A DNA stretch of 31,130 nt from an uncultured Nitrospiraceae bacterium (lineage in GTDB: Bacteria > Nitrospirota > Thermodesulfovibrionia > Thermodesulfovibrionales > Dissulfurispiraceae). The position numbers were made by a program, and so were the translations under genes. The stretch covers positions 1-31,130 of the forward strand of contig CAMTVO010000054.1 in NCBI GenBank assembly GCA_947085205.1, read 5' to 3'. This document shows, one piece after another, positions 6,943 to 18,400 of the stretch; within the stretch, counting starts at the first letter, position 1; every line of letters begins with the position of its first letter. Under the pieces are notes generated by a model. The model was not told where the DNA came from. It made no database searches and saw only the letters and a list, made by a program, of their open reading frames with translations.

Positions 6943-8725
6943 TTTCTATCTCTTCGGTCTTTTTATTTCCTGATTGTTGACCATTGACTGCAGACTGCAG
7001 ACTTTTCATATATGCCTCGATTACCCTCTTTGCTATCGGGGCCGCAACCGCTCCTCCTCCTCCTCCGTGCTCTACGAAAACGGATACCGCTATCTCAGGG
7101 TTATCCACCGGCGCAAGGGCAACAAACCATGCATGATCCATGAACCGCTCTCCGGTCAAGCCTTTTTTCTTGCCGACGACTTGTGAGGTTCCTGTTTTTC
7201 CTCCTATAACGGTTAATGTCGACTTTGCTTTCTGCGCCGTGCCGTTCAGCTCGTTTACAACCCCCGAAAGGGCTTCTTTTATCATCCTCACGGTCTCGGG
7301 CTTTAACTTTACTATTCCAGACGGCGTTTGATTTATTTTTATCAACGACGGCTTGTATATATTACCCCCATTGGCGAACGTTGCAGTCATGACAGCCATC
7401 TGGATAGGCGTTGCGGTAACGAACCCCTGTCCTATCGCTGAAATAAAAGTATCTCCTAAATACCACGGCTGACGCTTATTTTCTTTTTTCCATTCGGTGT
7501 TGGGGATTAAGCCTCGCCTTTCCTTTACCGGTATCATTTCTATGCCTGTCTCCTTGCCGAGGCCAAAGGCGGTGGCATATTTATAGATTTTGTCTATTCC
7601 TAATCTCTTCCCTATTTCGTAGAAATATACATCGCACGACTCCACGAGAGCCTTGTGGAAATCTACGGACCCGTGTCCTTCCTTTTTCCAGCATCCGAAT
7701 GTCCATCTGCCGTAATTTATACCGCCTGTGCAAGTTACCTTCATATCGGGGTGTATAACACCTTCTTCGAGTGCCGCTATTGCTGTTATTATCTTGAATG
7801 TAGAGCCTGGAGGGTACTGGCTCTGGACAGCCCTGTTAAGCATGGGCTTTTTCTTGTTCTCCATAAGGGATTTCCATTCGTTGTATGCTATGCCCATCGA
7901 AAATACGTTTGGGTCGAATGAAGGAAGACTTTCAAGCGCGAGTATTTCCCCTGAGTCGGGTTTTATAGCGACAAGCGCGCCTGCCTTTTCTCCGAATGCA
8001 TCTTCAACAGCCTTCTGGATGCTTATATCTATGCTTAACGTTATGTCGTTACCTTTAACAGAAGGCCTCTCCTGTATCTTCCTGAGCTCCCTGCCGAGGG
8101 CATCGACCTCTATTATCCTTTCTCCGGGAATCCCCCTGAGATGATTATCGAACAGGGCTTCTACACCCCACTGTCCTATTAATGCGTCCGGAGGGAAATG
8201 CCTTAAATCAGGCTTCTTTAACTGATAAGGCGTTATCTTTCCGAGATAACCGATAATATGCCCGCCGACCTTGCCGAACAGGTATTCCCTTCCCACATCG
8301 GTCTCGACAAAGAGTCCAGGAAAATCAGACCTTCTCGCTTCTATTCTTGCTATTTCCTCAAAGGTAAGTCCCTGCTTGAGTTTTACCGGGACAAACGGGC
8401 TGTTGTCCTTTCTGTTTAACTTCTCTTGTATTTCTTGCCTGCTCAAACCGAGGAGAGACGAAAGCGTGTCCGTGTCTATATCCTTGACATTATCCGCAGT
8501 TATAGAGACGCTGAAAAAAGGGATATTCTTTACCAGAGGAGTTCCGTTTCTGTCGTATATGATTCCCCTCGGCGCAGGTGTCTTCAATATCCTGAGCCTG
8601 TTATCCTCTGAAAGCCTCTTATATCTGTCTCCGTCCAGAATCTGAAGCTGCCAAATACGGAAACATAAAATCAGCACTATCCCGATTATGATGTAAGCGC
8701 CTAATCGTATTCTCTTCAGAATCAT
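6929..8725 (-). CDS. mrdA: Penicillin-binding protein 2
   Basis: APRGIIYDRNG, PGSTFK (SxxK), SCD (SxD), KTGT motifs; mre operon context. Confidence 0.95.
   Translation of the reverse strand: MILKRIRLGAYIIIGIVLILCFRIWQLQILDGDRYKRLSEDNRLRILKTPAPRGIIYDRNGTPLVKNIPFFSVSITADNVKDIDTDTLSSLLGLSRQEIQEKLNRKDNSPFVPVKLKQGLTFEEIARIEARRSDFPGLFVETDVGREYLFGKVGGHIIGYLGKITPYQLKKPDLRHFPPDALIGQWGVEALFDNHLRGIPGERIIEVDALGRELRKIQERPSVKGNDITLSIDISIQKAVEDAFGEKAGALVAIKPDSGEILALESLPSFDPNVFSMGIAYNEWKSLMENKKKPMLNRAVQSQYPPGSTFKIITAIAALEEGVIHPDMKVTCTGGINYGRWTFGCWKKEGHGSVDFHKALVESCDVYFYEIGKRLGIDKIYKYATAFGLGKETGIEMIPVKERRGLIPNTEWKKENKRQPWYLGDTFISAIGQGFVTATPIQMAVMTATFANGGNIYKPSLIKINQTPSGIVKLKPETVRMIKEALSGVVNELNGTAQKAKSTLTVIGGKTGTSQVVGKKKGLTGERFMDHAWFVALAPVDNPEIAVSVFVEHGGGGGAVAAPIAKRVIEAYMKSLQSAVNGQQSGNKKTEEIENAQN
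6971..7005. repeat. Degenerate heptamer repeat in mrdA 3' end
   Basis: TGATTGT TGACCAT TGACTGC AGACTGC AGACTTT; encodes KSLQSAVNGQQS. Confidence 0.6.
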
Positions 8726-8726
8726 G

Positions 8727-9233
8727 TCAATCCGTCAGCCTGAATTTCGTCGGCTTTAATATTATACCCAATGGCATGTTGACAATTGCCTGAATTATCG
8801 CGGTATGCAGCGCATTAATCATACTTATGTTTATGCCGGAGAATATAATCCGCGAGCCTGTAACAATAATATTGTCAAGAATCGTGAAAACGATTACTGT
8901 TATCACTCCCAGAACAGGCGTCCATCTGAAGACAACTTCCGTAAATGTTAAAACGCTGATAAAACCTATCAATCCTTTGCTGAAAAAATTCGGCCCTATA
9001 ATCGATCCTGAAATAATATCTTCTAACAGCCCTACAAGGGCGCCGAATGCCGTGCTCTTTATCTCTGCCCTGCTTCCGAAATAGCCGTCTGTCATGGATT
9101 TGCGGGGAAGGCTTTTCAGGGCAAAATAATATGTCAGAACCACCGTCATGTTTAACGGCGCATTAAAAACAGAAAATTGCGTCTGTATCAGAAGGGTCAG
9201 AAAAATAAAAAATGCCCATGCGAGATATTTCAT
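8727..9233 (-). CDS. mreD: Rod shape-determining protein MreD
   Basis: Hydrophobic 168 aa with GLLEDIISG motif, located between mreC and mrdA. Confidence 0.8.
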   Translation of the reverse strand: MKYLAWAFFIFLTLLIQTQFSVFNAPLNMTVVLTYYFALKSLPRKSMTDGYFGSRAEIKSTAFGALVGLLEDIISGSIIGPNFFSKGLIGFISVLTFTEVVFRWTPVLGVITVIVFTILDNIIVTGSRIIFSGINISMINALHTAIIQAIVNMPLGIILKPTKFRLTD

Positions 9234-9236
9234 ATA

Positions 9237-10013
9237 TCACTTGCTGAGGATGACTACCTCTTCTATCTTTTTGTCAGACTCAAAAGGCAATACCTTAATG
9301 TCCAGAAAGAATTCTATTCCCTCTTTTCTGACATTACTTATAACGCCGACAGGCAATCCAGCAGGGAATATGCCATCAAGCCCTGAAGTGACCACCACTT
9401 CCCCTCTTTCTACCGCCTCCTCTGGAGGGATATATTTTAACAGGCAGTATTTATGCCCCGAGCCTGATATAATACCTTCGTGCCTGCTTTTTTGAAGCCT
9501 TACAGCAACAGAAAAGTTTGGATCCCTTAAAAGCAGTACCTCTGAAAAATTGTCCTTTACGGAATAAATCTTGCCGACAAGACCTTTTGCAGTTACTACC
9601 GCCATGTCCTTTTTAATACCGCTGTTTTTACCCTTATCGAGTATCATTGTATTGAACAGCCTGTCGTATCCACGGGCAAAAGCCTTTGCTGTCGTGACAT
9701 AATTCGGCCAATGCTCTTTTAAAAACAGCACCTCTTTTAACCGCTTATTTTCCTGAAGTATTTCAGCATATCTCTGCTTTTCTATCAAAGCCGCGGTAAG
9801 CTCACTTCTAAGCCTTTTATTTTCATCGAAGGCGACTACGACTCCATGAAACGTTGCGCTTGCTGTTGCCGTAAATTTATTGAGAATGTCGTAAGGATAC
9901 GATATGATTTTAAGAAAAGCGGAATATTTCCTGTTGTAATGGTAGCTTATGAGTATAAGGGCGGCAAGAGAAAGTAAAAACAAGGTGATGATTCTCTTTT
10001 TGCCCTTTGACAT
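9237..10013 (-). CDS. mreC: Rod shape-determining protein MreC
   Basis: N-terminal TM, ENKRLK coiled coil, GLVGKI, TSGLDGIFPAGLPVG. Confidence 0.95.
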   Translation of the reverse strand: MSKGKKRIITLFLLSLAALILISYHYNRKYSAFLKIISYPYDILNKFTATASATFHGVVVAFDENKRLRSELTAALIEKQRYAEILQENKRLKEVLFLKEHWPNYVTTAKAFARGYDRLFNTMILDKGKNSGIKKDMAVVTAKGLVGKIYSVKDNFSEVLLLRDPNFSVAVRLQKSRHEGIISGSGHKYCLLKYIPPEEAVERGEVVVTSGLDGIFPAGLPVGVISNVRKEGIEFFLDIKVLPFESDKKIEEVVILSK

Positions 10014-11044
10014 TAATTGGTGGCTATAGCTATCTTCCTGAGAAGCTCGAGTTTATCAAGCATCATACCGCATCCCCTCACTACAGCTTGAAGAGGATCG
10101 TCAGGCACTACAACAGGCACGCCTGTTTGCTCCCTTATCAATATGTCGAGACCTCTCAGCAATGCGCCTCCTCCCGCGAGCACAATGCCCCTGTCGACAA
10201 TGTCCGCTGCAAGCTCGGGAGGCGTGTTTTCGAGTGTAACCTTGATTGTGTCGAGGATAAGCCCGACCGTCTCCTGAAGGGCTTCCCTTATCTCATCCTC
10301 TGTAACATTAATGGCCTTCGGTATGCCTGATATGAGGTCTCTTCCCTTAACCTCCATAGGCTCGACATTGTTGGTAGGATAAGCAGAGCCAAGCTCTATC
10401 TTTATTTTCTCGGATGTCCTTTCGCCTATCATCAGGTTGTATTTGCGTTTTATGTAGGCTATTATAGCCTCGTCCATCTTGTCTCCGCCTACGCGGACAG
10501 CCTTGCTGTAAACTATTCCGTCGAGGGATATAACTGCCACATCAGTTGTCCCTCCCCCTATATCGACAATCATGTTTCCGAATGGCTCGCCAATCGGTAG
10601 GCCGACGCCGACAGCAGCAGCCATAGGCTCTTCGATGAGATAAACCTCCCTTGCTCCGGAGGAATGCGCGGCATCCTTGACTGCCCTGCGCTCTACCTGC
10701 GTTATGCCTGAAGGAACACCTATAACCACCCTCGGCGATACAAAGCTCTTTCGGTTATGGGCCTTTGTTATGAAGTACTTGAGCATCTCCTCTGTGGCAT
10801 CGAAGTCGGCTATAACACCGTCCTTTAAAGGCCTTATGGTTATAATATTCGACGGAGTTTTTCCGAGCATCGCCTTCGCCTCCATACCGACTGCCACAGG
10901 CTTTTTGTTGTCATTTCTAAGAACGACCACCGAAGGTTCGTTGCAGATAATGCCCCTGCCGTGAACATATACAAGGGTGTTTGCTGTGCCGAGGTCTATG
11001 GCAAGGTCATTCGAAAACATCCCTAAGAGCTTCTGAAAAAACAC
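10013..11044 (-). CDS. mreB: Actin-like MreB
   Basis: [28 protein letters not shown] start with GGAGG SD. Confidence 0.97.
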   Translation of the reverse strand: MFFQKLLGMFSNDLAIDLGTANTLVYVHGRGIICNEPSVVVLRNDNKKPVAVGMEAKAMLGKTPSNIITIRPLKDGVIADFDATEEMLKYFITKAHNRKSFVSPRVVIGVPSGITQVERRAVKDAAHSSGAREVYLIEEPMAAAVGVGLPIGEPFGNMIVDIGGGTTDVAVISLDGIVYSKAVRVGGDKMDEAIIAYIKRKYNLMIGERTSEKIKIELGSAYPTNNVEPMEVKGRDLISGIPKAINVTEDEIREALQETVGLILDTIKVTLENTPPELAADIVDRGIVLAGGGALLRGLDILIREQTGVPVVVPDDPLQAVVRGCGMMLDKLELLRKIAIATN

Positions 11045-11062
11045 TTAATTCCTCCTTGTTAT

Positions 11063-11467
11063 TTATCCTTCCACTACCTTTGTGTTGGCTATATCGTCTC
11101 CGAGTCTCATGCCTTCCTTATTGCCGAGCATCAAAAGAAGCTCCAGAGCGAGAACAGCAGCTGCAAATAACCACCCTGCCAGAGGAATCTTATAAAGCAG
11201 AATCGCCGCGGCTATAGTTATGTTTCTCAGTACAGAGTCCCTGAAGTTTCCTGAACTGCCGGTCGAGAGGGATATTACCTTCAGTCTCAATATCTTCTTC
11301 CCAAGACTCCTGCCGTCAAAAAGCCCATCGCTTATGAGAAGATAGATAAGTCCGGCGAGATACCCCACCTGAGGTAAGGTCTTGGCTGCAGCGGCTATGA
11401 TAATAAAATCCAGCGTTTTCGCTAAAACCCTCAGCAGCAAACTTGCCTTTACGCTATCCTTAGGCAT
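11063..11467 (-). CDS. RDD family membrane protein
   Basis: R..A...D, GRSLGKKILRLKV, RLGDDIANTKVV motifs. Confidence 0.88.
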   Translation of the reverse strand: MPKDSVKASLLLRVLAKTLDFIIIAAAAKTLPQVGYLAGLIYLLISDGLFDGRSLGKKILRLKVISLSTGSSGNFRDSVLRNITIAAAILLYKIPLAGWLFAAAVLALELLLMLGNKEGMRLGDDIANTKVVEG

Positions 11468-11472
11468 TGTTA

Positions 11473-11502
11473 ATACTATCAGATGCGCAATCCTTTTTTC
11501 AA
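11473..11502 (-). promoter_or_regulatory. Putative promoter of RDD-mre operon (leaderless)
   Basis: TTGAAA-18 nt-TAGTAT with extended TG; 5 nt before ATG, no SD. Confidence 0.5.
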
Positions 11503-11686
11503 GAAGGCATAAGAAGGATTCCCGCAGAAGTTTTTCTCAAAAATTTTTGCCTATGTATAGTAGTAAATTTTATTTTAATATGCTACTATACTTTAAATAT
11601 AAAATAGTATATATTTACAGGCATTTGTGATATACTTTTTTGAAACTAACTCAAAATAAATTTATCCTTTTAGAGGGGGTTTTATT

Positions 11687-13465
11687 ATGACAAGAGGCAT
11701 TTTGAGGATACTTATTCTCCTGCAATTGACAATAGCCATACTGGCAGCAGTCCCTTCATCCGCATACTCCGGAGAGATTGTTATAAAGCCAGGAAAATTC
11801 GACCACTTCAATATCTCGATGCCTGACAGGATAGTTGCCGGAGAAGAGGTTCCTATTAAGCTGCAGGCTGTGGATGCCTTTAATAACGTCATCACAAACT
11901 TCGGTGAAACAGGTAAAGAGTTTCAGGCTTCGGTTTCCGGCTCGGCAACTGTAAGCCCTGCAGTATTCAAATCGACATCGTTTGTAAACGGCATATTGAC
12001 AATAACAGTTACAGACAAAGTTGCCGAAACTGTTAATCTCTCCATACGCGAAAGCGGTATTCCTATCCCTATACTCTCAAGGGATTTAACCATAGTCCCG
12101 AACAGGCTGAGTACCTTCGTCATAAAAGGACCGCGATCTGCCAATGCAGGCGAGAAGTTTGACGTAAAGATAATCGCAAAGGACACCTTCGGGAACACCG
12201 TTTCCGAGCAGATATTCGGGAAAAACATGAACCTGATATTTAAAGGCACTGCAGAGCCGAAAATCGATATGCCTTCGATTCCCGATTTTAAGGGCGGCGT
12301 ATGTGTTGTCACCCTTGCATCACAGAAGGCCGGAACAGCTATAATCGAGGCTAAGGACCTTATAACAGGGAGCTCCGGTACGAGCGAAAAGATAGATATA
12401 CTCAACGGTCCTGTAAATTCATTCAAGGTGTTTGTTCCGAAAGAAGTCATTGCCGGAGAACCCTTTGAAGTATCCATAGTAGCCATTGACCGCTTCAATA
12501 ATGTGGTGTCAAACTACTCAGCATCAGGAAGCGGAGTTGCTATCTCATCCACAGGCAAATTAAAACCTTTCCCGTCGACCCTGCCTGCATACGAATTTAT
12601 AAACGGACAGGCAAAGGTCGAACTCAGATATGATGCTGCAGAAGATATTTCTATTGTAGTCACGGAAATCGGTAAAACCCAGAAAGGCACAAGCGATATC
12701 ACGAAGTTGATTTCGCCGATTCCCGAGAGGTATGAGATCAAGACTCCAGACTCGGCAGTTGCCGGACAGAAGTTCAAGATTAAGATAACGGTCTACAATC
12801 AGTTAGGACATGTGATTAAGAACTACAATATCGTAGGCCCTGATGTCCAGCTTTCGACAACAGGCACAGGCGCGCTTATACCGAACAGGATTCCAGCATC
12901 AGAGTTTGTAAACGGCACAGCAGTAGTAGAAGTGCAGTATAACAAGTCAGAAGCATTTGTTATAGCCGCTGCGCCCGTGAAACCCTTAGTATCCAAACCC
13001 GTTGCCGCTCCGATCAAGCAGCCCGCAAAGGCCGTTGTGCCTGCAAAAGAGCCTAAAGAACCTAAAAAGCCTAAAAAGCCTAAAGTAAAAGAGAAAGAAA
13101 AAGAGAAGGAGAAAAACGCGGAGGCAAAGGCGCTCGAAATTACGAATATATCTCTTGTCGAGCCTAAGAACAAGTCCACAATCTCTATACACATTCCGAA
13201 TCTTGACAGCGCCGTAAAATACGATGCATTTACCGAGACGGTTAGCGGAAAGAAGTGGATTGTTATTAAGATAAAGCCTGCGGTGAATAAAGTGGAAAAG
13301 GCTGTAAAGTTCGACTCCTCCTTTGTCGGCAATATGCTGGTAGAAGAAGATAAGAAAGAAAAGGGTGCCGTGCTCGTCAAAATAGAGCAACTGAAGCCGG
13401 CAAGGTTTCATGTAACGAAAGAAAAAAGCTCCCTTACAGTTACTCTGAAACACGATAAAAATTAA
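11687..13465 (+). CDS. Secreted protein with four ~103-aa Ig-like repeats, Pro/Lys-rich linker and C-terminal AMIN-like beta domain
   Basis: Signal peptide; repeats start at 11786, 12095, 12401 and 12710 sharing F.i..P....AG..f...i.a.D.f.N; KEPKEPKKPKKPK linker. Confidence 0.75.
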   Translation: MTRGILRILILLQLTIAILAAVPSSAYSGEIVIKPGKFDHFNISMPDRIVAGEEVPIKLQAVDAFNNVITNFGETGKEFQASVSGSATVSPAVFKSTSFVNGILTITVTDKVAETVNLSIRESGIPIPILSRDLTIVPNRLSTFVIKGPRSANAGEKFDVKIIAKDTFGNTVSEQIFGKNMNLIFKGTAEPKIDMPSIPDFKGGVCVVTLASQKAGTAIIEAKDLITGSSGTSEKIDILNGPVNSFKVFVPKEVIAGEPFEVSIVAIDRFNNVVSNYSASGSGVAISSTGKLKPFPSTLPAYEFINGQAKVELRYDAAEDISIVVTEIGKTQKGTSDITKLISPIPERYEIKTPDSAVAGQKFKIKITVYNQLGHVIKNYNIVGPDVQLSTTGTGALIPNRIPASEFVNGTAVVEVQYNKSEAFVIAAAPVKPLVSKPVAAPIKQPAKAVVPAKEPKEPKKPKKPKVKEKEKEKEKNAEAKALEITNISLVEPKNKSTISIHIPNLDSAVKYDAFTETVSGKKWIVIKIKPAVNKVEKAVKFDSSFVGNMLVEEDKKEKGAVLVKIEQLKPARFHVTKEKSSLTVTLKHDKN

Positions 13466-13521
13466 AAAAAGGTAGAGGCATAGGTAGAGCAGAGTTCTTT
13501 ACCTTTACCTCTACCTTTTTT
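13465..13521. terminator. Bidirectional terminator-like hairpin built from GGTAGA/TTACCT hexamers
   Basis: AAAAAAGGTAGAGG ... CCTCTACCTTTTTT immediately after the stop codon. Confidence 0.65.
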
Positions 13522-13532
13522 ACGTCTAATTT

Positions 13533-14438
13533 ATGGGATTCTTAGATAAACTAAAAATAGGCCTCACAAAAACAAAAAAGAATATCGTCGAGAGGGTATC
13601 GTCGATTATCCTGAACAGGACTATCGACGATACCGCTATCGAGGACATCGAAGAGGTGCTTATCACCTCGGATGTAGGGGCAGAGGCAACAAACGAGATA
13701 GTAGGCCGGCTCAGGGAAAGGGTGAGGGCAGGCGAGATAAAAAGCTCCGACGATGTAAAGTCCTATCTAAAAAGCGAGCTGTCATTACTCCTTGGAAAGG
13801 CTCAGCCGCTTGTCATATTCGGAGAAAAACCGTTCGTAATCCTTACAGTTGGAGTAAACGGCGTAGGCAAGACCACGACCATAGGCAAACTCGCATCAAG
13901 CTTTATCTCTGAAGGAAACTCGGTCATCTTAGCCGCAGCAGATACTTTCAGGGCTGCAGCAATAGAACAGTTAGAGATATGGGCAAAACGCACAGGCGCC
14001 GATATAATAAAGCACCAGAGCGGTTCAGACCCTGCTGCCGTTGCATTTGATGCAGTAGAGGCTGCAAAGGCACGCGGCGTTAATGTAGTTATAATAGATA
14101 CCGCAGGAAGGCTCCATAACAAAAGCCAGTTAATGGACGAACTCAAAAAAATTAATCGTGTAATAAAGAAATCCATGCCTGATGCTCCTCACGAAATACT
14201 CCTTATAGTCGATGCAACAACAGGCCAGAATGCATTGAGGCAGGCGCAGATATTCAACGAGGCGATAGGCATCACGGGTATCGCATTAACAAAGCTTGAC
14301 GGAACCGCAAAAGGCGGCATAATCTTCGCAATAAAGAAAGAACTTGGCATCCCCGTAAGACTTATCGGTATAGGCGAAGGCATCGACGACCTGAAGGACT
14401 TCAATCCGGAAGACTTTGTTACTGCGCTGTTTGAGTAA
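13533..14438 (+). CDS. ftsY: SRP receptor FtsY (NG domain only)
   Basis: [32 protein letters not shown]. Confidence 0.97.
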   Translation: MGFLDKLKIGLTKTKKNIVERVSSIILNRTIDDTAIEDIEEVLITSDVGAEATNEIVGRLRERVRAGEIKSSDDVKSYLKSELSLLLGKAQPLVIFGEKPFVILTVGVNGVGKTTTIGKLASSFISEGNSVILAAADTFRAAAIEQLEIWAKRTGADIIKHQSGSDPAAVAFDAVEAAKARGVNVVIIDTAGRLHNKSQLMDELKKINRVIKKSMPDAPHEILLIVDATTGQNALRQAQIFNEAIGITGIALTKLDGTAKGGIIFAIKKELGIPVRLIGIGEGIDDLKDFNPEDFVTALFE

Positions 14439-15396
14439 GGCTGCCTATTTTCCTGATTTTTTTATACCGTTCCTCTATAAGTTTTGCAGGGCTTTTTGAC
14501 TGGAGCGTCTCCAAAGACTTCACGATATATTCTGCTATCTTTTTTGCTGTGGTCTCAGGCTCTCTGTGCGCGCCTCCAAGCGGTTCAGGTATGATGTCAT
14601 CAATGATCTTGAATGACTTTAAATCATCGGCAGTTAGCTTCAGGGCTTCTGCCGCCTTCGAGAAATCTTCTAAGTTAAGCTCTCCGCCTCTCTTCCATAA
14701 AATTGCAGCGCACCCCTCCGGCGATATTACGGAATAAATAGAATGCTCAAGCATGTAAAGCCTGTCTGCAACGCTCAATGCAAGCGCGCCTCCGCTTCCG
14801 CCTTCGCCTATAACGATAGTGATTATTGGAGTTTTTATCCTCGACATCTCCATAAGGTTTGTCGCTATTGCCTCTGCCTGTCCACGCTCTTCTGCGCCTA
14901 TTCCGGGGTATGCTCCAGGAGTATCGACGAATGTTACTATAGGCATCTTAAATCTCTCTGCAAGCCGCATCAGTCTGAGCGCTTTTCTATAGCCTTCGGG
15001 ATTCGGCTGTCCAAAGTTCCTCAATATCCTCTCTTTAGTGCCTCTGCCCTTTTGGTGGCCTATGATAACCATCGGGATGCCGTTTATCTTTCCTACGCCT
15101 CCGACTATGGCAGGGTCGTCCGCAAATCTCCTGTCGCCGTGAAGCTCGATAAAATCCTCGACTGTCATTCCGATATAATCTAACGTGTAAGGCCTTTCAG
15201 GATGCCGCGCTATCATGGTCTTCTGCCATGGCGTGAGGTTCGAGAATATCTCGGAACGCAGCTCCTTCGCTTTTTTCTCGAGGCGCTTTATCTCCGCTGC
15301 TATATCTATTTCTGTGACGTCTGAAAGCTTTTTCAGTTCTTCTATCTTTGTTTCGAGTTCTTCCAGAGGTCTTTCAAAATCAAGATAATAACCCAT
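14419..15396 (-). CDS. accA: Acetyl-CoA carboxylase carboxyltransferase alpha
   Basis: [42 protein letters not shown]. Confidence 0.97.
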   Translation of the reverse strand: MGYYLDFERPLEELETKIEELKKLSDVTEIDIAAEIKRLEKKAKELRSEIFSNLTPWQKTMIARHPERPYTLDYIGMTVEDFIELHGDRRFADDPAIVGGVGKINGIPMVIIGHQKGRGTKERILRNFGQPNPEGYRKALRLMRLAERFKMPIVTFVDTPGAYPGIGAEERGQAEAIATNLMEMSRIKTPIITIVIGEGGSGGALALSVADRLYMLEHSIYSVISPEGCAAILWKRGGELNLEDFSKAAEALKLTADDLKSFKIIDDIIPEPLGGAHREPETTAKKIAEYIVKSLETLQSKSPAKLIEERYKKIRKIGSLTQTAQ

Positions 15397-15408
15397 GCCT
15401 TTTACTCC

Positions 15409-15479
15409 TAATGTTTAATGTTTGATGATTGATTATGGATTAAAAATTTCCTTAATTAAACACTAAACATTAAGCATTA
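15409..15479. repeat. Inverted heptamer arrays between dnaE and accA
   Basis: TAATGTT TAATGTT TGATGAT TGATTAT ... AAACACT AAACATT AAGCATT; the two arms are complementary. Confidence 0.7.
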
Positions 15480-18400
15480 TTAACTAATCGTAACTTTTAC
15501 TCCTGTAATTCTTTCCACCTCTGCCGCAAAATTGCCGCAAGGCTGAAGCTGTGAAGCTATAATAACACAATAATCAGGAAGATAGAATTTAAATGCTACC
15601 TTGTCTTTGCCGTTACGGGTCTCTTCCATGAATTTTTTTATTGCCCTGAGCTTTTCTGTTGTTTCTTCGATGTTGTCGCATTTTAAATCGACTTCGTATC
15701 TCATGCTTATTTCCATGTCTGTCAGGCTCTGTATATTCCTCGCCATGACCTTTGCCCCTTTTTCCGACTTAAAAACCTGTCCTTTTATCATTACTATATT
15801 GCCTTTTTTTAAGAGGTCCGCGCTCTTTTTATAAATATCAGGAAACACAAGTATCTCTGATGTCCCTGTCTCATCTTCCAATGTAAGATATGCTGTTACG
15901 CCCTTTTCCTTTACCCTGCTCTTCATTTCGCTGATAATCCCTGCTGCGCAGATATCGGCTCTCTCGTCCTTGTCTTCAACATCAGACAATTGAATTACAT
16001 CCATTGCCGATAATGTTCTTCTATATCTCGTAAGAGGATGGCCTGATATATAAAAACCGAGGGCATCCTTTTCATAACTTAGCAGCGCAGACTCATCCCA
16101 GGGCCGTACTGTATCTGCCATGATTCCGCTGTCCCCGAAAAGCCCGGGGCCAAATCCGTTTGCCTTTGAGGATGCTGCGAGCGTATCAATTGCCTTGGCC
16201 CTTGCATAATTTGGTGATGCGTAATGCGTGATACGTGATGTGTCTCTATTATCTGACTCATTACCCATTACTGATAACGCATTACTGCCTTTATACAGCG
16301 AATCAAATGCCCCTGCCTTTATAAGGCTTTCGACAACCTTCTTGTTGACCTTTTTATTATCAATGCGGGAAAGAAATTCATCAAATGATTGAAAAAATCC
16401 GTTTTGCCTCTCCTGAAGCATAATCTCTATTGCCGCTGTTCCGACGCCTTTCACTGCCTCGAGTCCGAACCTCACAGAATTTCCGGCAATCTTGAATTCC
16501 CTCTCGCTCTCGTTAATATCAGGAGGTAATATATCGATGGACATGTTCCTGCATTCATTGATGAGTTTGACAACCTTGTCTGTATCGCCCATGTCCGCAC
16601 TGAGGTTTGCTGTCATGAACTCAACAGGATAATTGGCCTTTAAATATGCCGTCTGGTATGCTAAATATGCGTAAGCTGCAGAATGGGACTTATTAAAGCC
16701 GTATCTTGCAAATGGTTCCATAATCTCAAAGAGCCTTCGCGCCTTTCCCTCGTGAAATCCGTTAGCAACAGCGCCTTTGACAAAGACCTCTTTTTGCTCC
16801 TCCATTTCCTCCTGCTTCTTCTTTCCCATTGCCCTTCGCAGGATGTCAGCCTGGCCCATCGAAAAATTAGCTATTTTATTGGCAATCATCATAACCTGTT
16901 CCTGATAGATGATAATGCCGTATGTCTCATTAAGTATTTCCTTTAATTGAGGCATTTCGTATTCCACTTTTGTCTCGCCATTTTTCCTTTTTATAAAATC
17001 ATCTATCCATGCCATCGGGCCCGGGCGGTAAAGCGCAACAAGGGCTATGAGGTCTTCAAACCTGTTGGGCTGCATCCTCACGAGTATGTCCCTCATGCCG
17101 GAGCTTTCGAGCTGGAATATGCCTGTAGTCTCTCCAGAGCTTAAAAGCCTGTATGTGATTTCATCCCCCAGCGGAATCTCTGAAAGAACTATTCCCTTGC
17201 CCTGCTGTTTTATAAATTCCAATGTCTTTTCCAATACTGTAAGGGTTTTCAGGCCTAAGAAATCGAACTTAAGAAGGCCCACGCTTTCGACTGACCCCAT
17301 ATCGAACTGTGTGGTAATACTTTCTTCAGAGGGATTTTTGTAAAGGGCGGTAAAGTCTGTCAAAGGCTCAGGCGATATAACAACGCCTGCTGCATGCGTC
17401 GACGCGTGCCGTGACAAACCCTCAAGCCTCTTTGCGATATCAAGCAATTCCTTTATTGTCGGATTGCTGTTGTACAACTCTTTCAACTGCGGCTCTATCT
17501 TCAGCGCATCGTCAATGTCTATGTTATGCACAGGTACGAGTTTCGCTATTTTGTCCACCTCGGCATATGGTATGCCCATCACCCTGCCCACATCCCTTAT
17601 TGCCGCCTTTGCAGCCATTGTTCCGAATGTTATTATCTGGGCGACATGGTCGTTGCCGTATTTCTCAGACACATAATTAATTACCTCTCCCCTCCTGTCC
17701 TTGCAGAAGTCCACATCTATATCGGGCATGCTTATTCTTTCGGGGTTGAGAAATCTTTCAAAAAGTAGGTTGTACTTAATAGGGTCTATTTCCGTTATAT
17801 CGAGGCAGTAGGCGACAAGACTGCCTGCTGCAGAGCCTCTACCAGGCCCTACGGGTATCCCGTTTTTCCTCGCATAGCTTATGAAATCCCAGACGATAAG
17901 GAAATAGGACGAATACCCCATCTTTCTAATTACCCGGAGTTCCAGCTTAAGGCGGTCCATATAATTCTGAGGCGGATTTCCTTTAAATTTCGCTTTAATG
18001 CCGCTGAGAGAAAGCTCATCGAGGTATGAGTCCGGAGAAATCCCGTTGGGAAGCTCGTATTTAGGCAGCATGCTCTTTCCTAATACGAAGTCGAGGTTGC
18101 ATCTCTCTGCAATCATCCTTGTATTCAATATTGCCTCCGACGTTTCACGGAAAGCATATTTCATCTCATCAGGCGACTTGAAATAGAACTCTTCTGTGGA
18201 CATCCTGAGTCTTTTTTCGTCCTTTACGGTCTTCCCTGTCTGTATGCAGAGCAGGATGTCGTGCGCCCTCGCATCATCCTTTCTTAAATAATGGCAGTCG
18301 TTTGTGGCGACGATTGGGACATGGATTTCCTGAGAAAGCTCTATGAGCTTTTTATTAACATCCTCCTGCTCGGGCATGCCGTTGTGCTGTATCTCGAAGA

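Noticed and set aside
13049..13115. AAGAGCCT/AAAGAG nucleotide repeats
   Set aside because: Explained by the KEP/KKP/KE low-complexity protein linker.
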